A DNA stretch of 64,000 nt. Source: Naegleria gruberi (taxonomy: Eukaryota). Every line of letters starts with the position of its first letter. Positions within the stretch are counted from its first letter, which is position 1. The notes below the pieces were generated by a model. That model was not told the origin of the DNA. It did no database searches and saw only the letters and a list, made by a program, of their open reading frames with translations. Positions 21,636 through 29,750 of this stretch are shown here, piece by piece. The stretch lies in assembly GCA_000004985.1 (NCBI GenBank), contig GG738900.1; one strand, 5' to 3'. The translations under genes were made by a program, and so were the position numbers.

Positions 21636-23002
21636 ATGCTTCGAAATGTTGTGCTAAAATCCAAGCCATCAGCCGATTATATTTTCACTCATGATAATAC
21701 TATACGACACACAAAACCCTTTTTTCAAAAGTATGATACACGAACTAAAGGAAGAATGTTGGGAAAATCATTTATTGAAAGTTTTTGTGCAGAATATGTT
21801 GTTCCGGAGGATGTTTTCATGCAATATTGTGAACATGATTTTATTAAATTGAATAAGAAACGAGTGGAGGATGCGAATCATATTATGGGATATAAGGACT
21901 CATATCAAACGGAGGATGTTAGAACAGATAAAATTACTACGAATTTTGATAGTATTGAAGTAATTTATGAGGATGATTCAATTTTGGTTTTGGCAAAACC
22001 AGAAAATGTACCAGTTCATAGTATGTGTTTGTGAAATTGTTTTATTGACATTAGTTTAAAAGAGGTTGGACGATATGTGAAAAATAATTTAATTGATATT
22101 TTGAAAAGAGAATATACTAGATTTCATCCAACAATGTTACCGAATGCGGATTTATTTCCTCTTCACAGGATAGATCGATTAACTTCTGGAGTTTTAATTT
22201 TGGGAAAGAGCTCAGAAGTTGCTAGGGATTTCTCAGCCTCATTAAAATCCAAACAAGTTGGAAAACAATACATTGCTGTGGCTGAAGGAATATGTCCAAC
22301 TGAGGGTTTATTCAAAGTAGATTATCCACTCATGGAAATTGATCCATTGTTGGGCATTTGGAGAGCAGTACATTCTGAGGAATCGAAAGAATTTATCAAG
22401 AAACATTACCTTCATCACACTCCATTGGATTGGAATAATGTCAAGGAGGCTGAAACTCTTTTCCAAGTACTTTACAGAGATTATGCAAGTAATAGAACTG
22501 TATTTTTATGTCAACCAGTAAGTTTTATTATCTGAAATATAGTTTCTTATTTCAATTTAAGGTAACTGGAAGGTAAGGTTAATGTTCATAATAATTTTTT
22601 AACAAACAAAATAATAGAACTCATCAAATTAGAGAACATTTGTACGCTATTGGTCACAAAATTATTGGAGATTCAGCTGATGATGAGGATAGAACTTCTT
22701 TTAATTTAAATTGGAAGGAAATGGCTCATAACATGTGGAGATGGAAAATAAATGCCATGTCAAAGCATGGTTTCGGAAATAAGAAAGTTATTGAAATGGC
22801 CATAGACGAAATTATAATGAAAGGAGAATATCAAATTCCTCAATCTCTTGGACTATTTTCTGTCAGTTACAGATATCAGGATTTATTATTCGAATGCGAG
22901 ATTTATAGACCACAATGGATTGATGATGTTTGGCCATCCATTCAACACAACATGAAGAGTTGTGAATTATATTATAATTTTGTAAATAATAAGAATACCT
23001 AG
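21636..23002 (+). CDS. RluA-family pseudouridine synthase, 4 exons including an 11-nt microexon
   Basis: Exons 21636..22020, 22063..22517, 22562..22572 and 22618..23002. Introns are 42 nt (GTATGT…AAAAG), 44 nt (GTAAGT…TTAAG) and 45 nt (GTAAGG…AATAG). Motifs in order: SILVLAKPENVPVH|KVGRYVKNNLIDIL; catalytic HRIDRLTSGVLILGK; then …VFLCQP|VTG|RTHQIREHLYAIGHKIIGD. The last is the RluA consensus P-x-TGRTHQIR and is recovered only when the microexon is included. Confidence 0.8.
22562..22572 (+). other. 11-nt microexon (GTAACTGGAAG) of the pseudouridine synthase gene, encoding V-T-G of the TGRTHQIR motif
   Basis: Flanked by an AG acceptor (22560-61) and a GTAAGG donor (22573). It restores frame between the exon ending at 22517 (phase 0) and the exon starting at 22618 (needs phase 2). 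No simple two-exon join is in frame. Confidence 0.7.
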
Positions 23003-23015
23003 TCGTTAGTTACAC

Positions 23016-23219
23016 CTAAACCTTCTCATCCTTCAAACGTTTATATTCTTCATTATAATAGACGGATTCTTCTTCACTTTCCAATTCTTGTTCTCCTGTT
23101 TTTTCAACATTTCCGTTCTCATGCTCTTTTAATTCTTCCTCTGATAGTGTACGAGAACATTCCTTTTCAATTTGTTTAAGTTTATCCATCAAGGATGCAA
23201 ATTCTCTGTTGCCACTCAT
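23016..23219 (-). CDS. Small acidic coiled-coil protein (67 aa), hypothetical
   Basis: ATG at 23219. E-rich, MSGNREFASLMDKLKQIEKECSRTLSEEELKEHENG…. Divergent from ALKBH6, about 100 nt away, which suggests a shared bidirectional promoter. It could be a chance ORF. Confidence 0.4.
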   Translation of the reverse strand: MSGNREFASLMDKLKQIEKECSRTLSEEELKEHENGNVEKTGEQELESEEESVYYNEEYKRLKDEKV

Positions 23220-23322
23220 TTTTTTTGTAAAGGGAATTAGAATTTAAAAAGCTATTAATAAATTTAATATCTAAAAAAAAGTGATAATAGATAATTGTTA
23301 ATACAGTATTACCATATTCAAG

Positions 23323-24219
23323 ATGACAACAATAGACTTTCAACAAATGCTTCTCGAGGAAAGAAAAAAAGCTCGAGAAGAATTAAAACAGAAAAAGGCT
23401 TGCTCTATTTTTCAGGATCGGAATGATCATCAATTAAATGATTTATCAAAATATAAATTATCAAAGGCTCCAATGGAAGCTATCTATTATATTCCTGATT
23501 ATATCACTGAGGAAGAGGAGAAAAAATGTGTGGAAGCTATTTATAAGGATGATACAAGTTCTTCATATGTTGGAGAGAAGAAGGGATGGGTTTGTTTGAG
23601 TAAGAGAAGGCTCAAGAATTTGGGAGGCATTCCTCATCCAAATGGCATGTATAAGGAGAGTTTGCCAAAGTATATCACTGATTTTAGGAAATTATTACAT
23701 CAGAAGGGACATTCAATTGACAAGTTTATTGAAATACCTTCTGATCAAGTTAAAAACCATGACTATAATCAAGTATTACTGAATGAGTACGAGTGTGGAA
23801 AGGGAATTAGACCACACAAGGATGGTCCACTCTATAGTGATATTGCTCTTGTTCTTTCATTGAAGACTACTTCACTAATTGATTTTTATACTGAAAAACC
23901 TACAGAAGAAAATGAGGAATCTGTACTCGCAAGTGTATTTTTGGAGCCTAGATCACTTTTGATTTTCTGTAAAGAAGCCTATACGGATTATTTTCATGGT
24001 GTTAGAGATGTGGATCAGGATGTAATTAATCCAGAGAAATGCATAAATATGCAGACTGCTAATGTTTCTGCTGGACAAATAATTCCAAGAAACACAACAA
24101 GACTTTCCCTAACTATTAGAAATGTGAAAACTGTAATAACTGAAAAAAACTATACTAGCTCAGAATCTCAGGAAATTGAAAGAAGAAGATCATGGTGGCA
24201 GTCTGCTATTGACAATTAA
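23323..24219 (+). CDS. ALKBH6: AlkB homolog 6-type 2OG-Fe(II) dioxygenase
   Basis: Single exon, 298 aa. [22 protein letters not shown] versus human [43 protein letters not shown] versus [51 protein letters not shown] versus [39 protein letters not shown]… and RLSLTIRNV versus RVSLTIRRV. Confidence 0.85.
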   Translation: [298 protein letters not shown]

Positions 24220-24230
24220 AATCTATTGTA

Positions 24231-25088
24231 TTATTGTTTGGAATTATTAGAATTACTAGAATCATTAGAGGTATTGGAATTATTTCGCCCAGTATAGATA
24301 TGAAATTTGTAATTTGATGGATATTCCTCATCCTCCTCTGCATCCATTAGATGGAATTTCCAACTCCCAGATTTCTTCTCAGAGCAAGTATTTCTAGGTG
24401 GTATTGTATGAAATACTCGTTGATAGTTTCGTTTCTTTTGAATTTTTGTTTTTGAGATTGTAGTTTTACATTGTGATTTAAGGTTAGAAGAATTAGACTT
24501 AATATTATGAGTATTTGGGTTTGGAGAGGAAGATTCTGAAGATGGACTTGTTGACAATCTATTATCATCATGTTGAGTAATGGTGGAAATGGATCTAAAG
24601 TCAATTTGTGGGACTGGTTGTGATGATGATCTATTTGACAATGTCTTCATCCACTTACATTTAAATAGTGGAGTAGTTGGAGAGGGAACCTTCAATGTTG
24701 AAGCAACTGATGCTTGTATTGGCATGTGGGTATAATATTCTTGTTCTAATGTATTAACAAAATCATCCATATCCAGTTGGAGAAATGTTGGTTCAATGCA
24801 AAGAGGGAGAAAACTAGTTTGAATGCAACATGAACTTTGCTGTATGACTGAATTCTGATTGGTGTTACTCTCAAATATTGATTCTACCATGAGATTTGAG
24901 TTTGGCACAGTCAGGACTGGGCTAGAAGATACAATTCGATTTCCAACAAAGTTGAATTGGTTAGTCATGGTACGCTGTGCAGTTGTTTTTTTCAATGTGT
25001 GAGAATTATCAATGATACAAACTATTCTATTTACCTCTAGTTGATAAACCAAACTTGTTAAGTGCTCCACCTTTATACCAGACATCAT
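24231..25088 (-). CDS. Hypothetical S/T/N-rich protein, 285 aa
   Basis: ATG at 25088 (MMSGIKVEHLTSLVYQLEVNR…) and a C-terminal N/S tract. Convergent with ALKBH6; the two stops are 11 nt apart. Confidence 0.55.
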   Translation of the reverse strand: MMSGIKVEHLTSLVYQLEVNRIVCIIDNSHTLKKTTAQRTMTNQFNFVGNRIVSSSPVLTVPNSNLMVESIFESNTNQNSVIQQSSCCIQTSFLPLCIEPTFLQLDMDDFVNTLEQEYYTHMPIQASVASTLKVPSPTTPLFKCKWMKTLSNRSSSQPVPQIDFRSISTITQHDDNRLSTSPSSESSSPNPNTHNIKSNSSNLKSQCKTTISKTKIQKKRNYQRVFHTIPPRNTCSEKKSGSWKFHLMDAEEDEEYPSNYKFHIYTGRNNSNTSNDSSNSNNSKQ

Positions 25089-25633
25089 TAGATAACTATG
25101 GAAATGGATTTGTCTCCGCTTAACCTTAAGAGCCTCAATGCGGTCTATTTGCTATTTTGAACCCTCGAGGCCAAGGATACTTAAATCTCTTTGGATAACC
25201 TGCCGTTTTAGTATTTATTTCTGAGATGTTATGTTATCCAATGAGATTCTGCAAATCATTTTCATTTATGGCAGTGTGAGAAATGAGTGACAGGAATGGA
25301 CTGGGAATAAAACAATCCTTAATGGATGTGTTGGAAATACGCATCACGAGGATTCTGGTTCACATTCAGAGTGATTCACACATTCTTACCAATCCTTAAA
25401 ATGAAAATGGCAACTTGCAAGAAGAATTTCATACCTAAATGCAACCATGATTGAGTCCATGCTCCATTAACTCTTTTAACTTTCACTATTTACAATTTCG
25501 AATACTGAACTGTAAAACTTACTCAAAAATTTTTTTGTAAACATAAACCCCACAGTAATAGATTATCAACCTTATTCCCTTTGTCCATTCAAAAACGTGA
25601 CAGGAAACGTGATACGTAAAACCAGATTTTGAT

Positions 25634-26809
25634 TTGGCAAGCGAAAAAATTGTAAAAATAGAAAAAAAAATGACTCGACTTGATGTGCAGTTTTGTAAGG
25701 GATTTGTTCAGACTAATGTTCAGAACGTTTATTGTACAGATGTTGGTGGAAAGGGATTGAAGAATAATAATGATCGATTTATTTTACAGTTTAATCAATA
25801 TTATCAGAAAGGTTTGATGGTGAAAAATCAGGAGAAGGGAATTCCGATGAGATATTTTGAAATATTTATTCAGCATGTTTCTGAGAAAAAGCCAATATTT
25901 GCTATTGGATTGGCAAAACCTAATTATGATAGAGGAATGGTTGGTTGGTATGATGAATCGATTGGATATCATGCTGATGATGGATATGTTTTTCATAATG
26001 TTGGAAATCAACATAATACTGAGAATTTGATTGGATTGTATTCTTTTGGAGATAGTGTTGGAGTTTTGTTAATTGGTTCTAAAGCATATTTTACAAAGAA
26101 TGGAGTAGCTAATACCAAAGCTTTTGAGCTGAAGAATTATGCTCATGAACAATATTTACCAACTTTGTCTTCTTCAGATTCTGACACTACCATCAAGGTT
26201 TTAAGTCCAAGTGAATTCAAGTTCAATATTGACAAGTTCATTAAAGAAGATTTGAAACTCGAATTAATAGAGAATGAGACACCTCAAAGAAGTGTAAATG
26301 ATTCTGCTAATGACATGCTGAATCATTGTGATGGATTGAAAAAGTTAATTCTAGATGTGATAGAACAACAATCAGTGAATGATTCTCTCCAAAAGCAAAA
26401 AGATACTGAAATTCAAAAATTGAAAATTGAAATTACAGAGCTACAATCCTCTAACGAAAAACTGAAACAACAACATGAAATAACCTTAAAAGAGAATGAA
26501 AAATTGAGAGATGTAAAGACAAGACTTGCACTCAATCAACAAGATATCAATAATTTAAGTCTGGAACAATTGAAAGAGTTGTCACGTATTCTCCTAGATA
26601 CTCAAAACACAATCCATAGTAAGGAGAAAGACTTGCTAGATGTTGAGCTACTCTGTGTGGTTTGTCAAGATAAGAGAAAGAATACCTTGTTCTTACCTTG
26701 TAAACATCTTTGTGTTTGCGCTGAATGTGCTGAGAGTGTCAAATCTACTGGAAAACAATGTCCAGTTTGTAGAACTGTTATATCTGATAGCATACAAACA
26801 CATCTCTAA
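25634..26809 (+). CDS. SPRY + coiled-coil + C-terminal C3HC4 RING E3 ubiquitin-ligase-like protein
   Basis: The tracked start is TTG at 25634; the first ATG is at 25670 (MTRLDVQF…). SPRY: WYDESIGYHADDGYVFHNVG…GDSVGVLLIGSKAYFTKNGV. Coiled coil from about 220 to 330 aa. RING: CVVCQDKRKNTLFLPCKHLCVCAECAESVKSTGKQCPVCRTVI. Confidence 0.8.
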   Translation: MASEKIVKIEKKMTRLDVQFCKGFVQTNVQNVYCTDVGGKGLKNNNDRFILQFNQYYQKGLMVKNQEKGIPMRYFEIFIQHVSEKKPIFAIGLAKPNYDRGMVGWYDESIGYHADDGYVFHNVGNQHNTENLIGLYSFGDSVGVLLIGSKAYFTKNGVANTKAFELKNYAHEQYLPTLSSSDSDTTIKVLSPSEFKFNIDKFIKEDLKLELIENETPQRSVNDSANDMLNHCDGLKKLILDVIEQQSVNDSLQKQKDTEIQKLKIEITELQSSNEKLKQQHEITLKENEKLRDVKTRLALNQQDINNLSLEQLKELSRILLDTQNTIHSKEKDLLDVELLCVVCQDKRKNTLFLPCKHLCVCAECAESVKSTGKQCPVCRTVISDSIQTHL

Positions 26810-26869
26810 ATTGTAGATATTGTAATAAATTAAAAAATTTACTTGAATTAAAAAAGTAGTGGATGGTGT

Positions 26870-29239
26870 TTATTTATGCTTGATGTAGTATTGATCACTT
26901 TCATCGAATGCTTTGAAAATTGTATGTAATGGTTGGCCGGTAACAAGGAGGGAAGAAAGTCCATTTTCATTTCTTTCAGCTTGGAAAGCTTCATGTTGAT
27001 ACATTAAAATATTGAAAACTGGTGTGTTGCAGTTGGATTGAACTGGTGAGGCTCTCATGAATTGATTGTAAATAGCCAACATGTTCATTACAACTTCAAC
27101 ATTTCCACCAACAATTCCAGGATTAAGAAGCATACTATTTAGAGGTGTTTGATGTTTAGAAAGGGTATTAAGTGGATAAGGAGCTGATTTGTTATAGTAG
27201 AATGATCCATTGACTTCATCAATAGTGATGGAGCATTGAGCAAGCTTTTGTTGAGCCCACTTGGATGAACCAATAGTGGTTGGCTCTGAACCAAAGAAGA
27301 GCTTGTCAGTACTTTCACATACATCACCATCACATTCATCAAAGGTAGAAAGATATTCGAAAGGATTCTTATTAAACTTGATATCAAATAGATCAGTCAT
27401 TATAACTCTCTTTGGTAAAAGACTGAGGCCTTTAGTTGATTCTCTTTGAGCTTGAAGAAGGAAGTTTTCATAAATGAAGAATCTCTCATCATTGGTTGAT
27501 CTCTCACCCAATTGAACGAGTTCAAATCTTACATTATATGAAGTTAACTTGTTGAAACCACACTTGGTGTAAAGTTTGGCATCGTCATAGAAAACCACAG
27601 CTCTAAGATTATGTTTGTGAACCGATTCGTACCATTCTCTCATTGGCTCAAAACAAGAGTCACCATATTGTTCATCTCTTTCTGGATGACCCTTTGTAAC
27701 AAAGTAAGTGGTAAAAATAACATCGTCTGTTACTTGATTATTGGAAAAGTGATAGTATTTCAAGTACCAATCAACAAATTTACGAACACCATCTTCGAGT
27801 TTGGTCTTTGGTTGGAAATTGAGTAATTCTTGACTGTGTGTAATGTCAGCAAAGGTAATGGTCATATCAGTTGGTGGTTTCTTTACATGATTAATCTTGG
27901 CCTTCTTATCGAGAGCCTTTTCAATATACTTGATCATATCAGTAACCTTCTCAGGAGTATGGTTACCTAAATTGAAAACATCATGAACAGCTCTTCCTTC
28001 TTCTCTTTTAACACGATCTCCATAATTCATAGAATTGATAATACCATTAACAATATCATCAATATAGGTAAAATCTCTCATTAACTCTTTTCCTTCGAGA
28101 GTGTAAAGAGTAATTGGCTTACCCTTAACAATTTGATCAACCCAACTGAAAAGAGCCATATCTGGTCTTCCATAAGGGCCATAAACAGTAAAGAATCTCA
28201 ATCCAATAACTGGAATACCGTAAAGGTAGTTATAAGTTTCAGCAAATAATTCTTGGGATATCTTGGAGGCGCTATATACATTGGTAGGTTTGTTAATGTT
28301 CATTTGTTCATGGAATGCAGATGGATCAAATTCTTGAATGTTTCCATAAACGCTTGAACTGGAGGCATAGGCAAAAACTGGAGGATTAGTTTTTTGGTAT
28401 TTAACACTAGTTTCCAACAATTCTATTTGACAGAGAATGTTATTTCTAATGTAGGTTTGGGGATTTTTAAGGGAATATCTTACACCAGCTTGGGCAGCAA
28501 GATGGAGAACATGTGTAAAGGTGTATTTCTCGAAAATTTCACTCAAAATTGAAGTATTGCATACATCTCCCTCAATGACTTGAAAATCAATGAATGGCTT
28601 AATGTCTGCTTCTTCTTTTCTCAAAATTGTACTCGCTTGTTCAATCAAATTTTGATTGATTTCTCTAACAGTCTTTTCCAATTGTTTCTTTCTCATGTAT
28701 TTCAAGTCAGTTGAGTAGTAGTCATTGAAATTATCAAGACCAATCATGACACTACGTTCAACATTATTCAATGCCAAATCAATTTGTTCAATATTGCCCT
28801 TTGTTTCATTGACAAGAGTTGCCATAAAATTGTTCCAATAGGCAAACTCTTCCTTTGCAAGCTTTTCAGCAAGATGAAAGCCAATAAATCCAGCACTTCC
28901 AGTAACTAGAACTTTACGAGAATGAGAAGATTGGGAAAGACCAACCGTATTATCAGATTCTCCTGATGATGTCATATTGGTGGAAGCACTTCCACTAACA
29001 ATAGAACCATCAACAGAAGCAGCAACACTTGCAACAGAAAGTCCGGAAGCAGTATTGCTGTTAGAAGTAGTGGAGGCAACAACTACTTCGGAGTGTGCAT
29101 TACCAGCACACATCATCAAGACAATGGCAAACATCATCATGATTGTCATCATCTTCCATGATGATGAGAACTTTAACAGAATGGTACTCTTAGAGTAATA
29201 ATAGTGTCTATGAGACATTTTACGATATGTAATGAGCAA
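26870..29239 (-). CDS. Secretory-pathway UDP-glucuronate 4-epimerase fused to a C-terminal GT77-like nucleotide-sugar transferase domain
   Basis: The tracked ORF is 789 aa. The likely start is the ATG near 29152 (MMTIMMMFAIVLMMCAGNAHS|EVV, signal-peptide-like). Epimerase: KVLVTGSAGFIGFHLAEKLAK, VMIGLDNFNDYYS, YASSSSVYG, YSASK. RFFTVYGPYGRPDMALFSW is the GAE/CapI hallmark (compare RFFTVYGPWGRPDMAYF). C-terminal ~300 aa: …VFYDDAKLY…RVIMTDLFDIKFNKNPFEY…, a DxD-type nucleotide-diphospho-sugar-transferase-like fold. A 96-nt in-frame element at 28752..28847 sits between the GxxGxxG helix and strand beta2; see findings. Confidence 0.8.
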   Translation of the reverse strand: MLITYRKMSHRHYYYSKSTILLKFSSSWKMMTIMMMFAIVLMMCAGNAHSEVVVASTTSNSNTASGLSVASVAASVDGSIVSGSASTNMTSSGESDNTVGLSQSSHSRKVLVTGSAGFIGFHLAEKLAKEEFAYWNNFMATLVNETKGNIEQIDLALNNVERSVMIGLDNFNDYYSTDLKYMRKKQLEKTVREINQNLIEQASTILRKEEADIKPFIDFQVIEGDVCNTSILSEIFEKYTFTHVLHLAAQAGVRYSLKNPQTYIRNNILCQIELLETSVKYQKTNPPVFAYASSSSVYGNIQEFDPSAFHEQMNINKPTNVYSASKISQELFAETYNYLYGIPVIGLRFFTVYGPYGRPDMALFSWVDQIVKGKPITLYTLEGKELMRDFTYIDDIVNGIINSMNYGDRVKREEGRAVHDVFNLGNHTPEKVTDMIKYIEKALDKKAKINHVKKPPTDMTITFADITHSQELLNFQPKTKLEDGVRKFVDWYLKYYHFSNNQVTDDVIFTTYFVTKGHPERDEQYGDSCFEPMREWYESVHKHNLRAVVFYDDAKLYTKCGFNKLTSYNVRFELVQLGERSTNDERFFIYENFLLQAQRESTKGLSLLPKRVIMTDLFDIKFNKNPFEYLSTFDECDGDVCESTDKLFFGSEPTTIGSSKWAQQKLAQCSITIDEVNGSFYYNKSAPYPLNTLSKHQTPLNSMLLNPGIVGGNVEVVMNMLAIYNQFMRASPVQSNCNTPVFNILMYQHEAFQAERNENGLSSLLVTGQPLHTIFKAFDESDQYYIKHK

Positions 29240-29750
29240 TGATGCAACAGGGATGCAATAGAATCTACAAACTAATATTAGGAAGAGGACAACGAGTGTT
29301 GAGATGAGGATCCTTTTTTTTGTTAAATAGTAAACTTGATTTTTAAAATAGAGACCATGGACCTCAAATAAATAGCAGAAGTCCGCATGGGAAGTTTAAA
29401 ACTCTAATTATGCTTCCTTCATTCTGTGATGCATCATCAATGATAACACTTGTAGATTGCCAGCATGAATAAGTAAATATTTGCTTCTGGTTCCCTCCTT
29501 ATTGAATAATGAATATTATTCGGTCATTTTCAAGGAGTATCATCTTGATCAAACAATTGAAGAGACAGGAGTTGAATGGCCTGAGTGTGGACAAATGGTT
29601 GCTTTCAGTTTTGAAATTCCAAGTTTCTCCTCCACTACAGTGTCGAGGAGTTAAAGAGGAGTTATTGAAGGTCAAATAATTTGAAAAGATTTTCCTCATG
29701 ACTTCCGTGTTACTACTGTTCCGTAGTGTGAGTGAAAATATCAGAATTGA

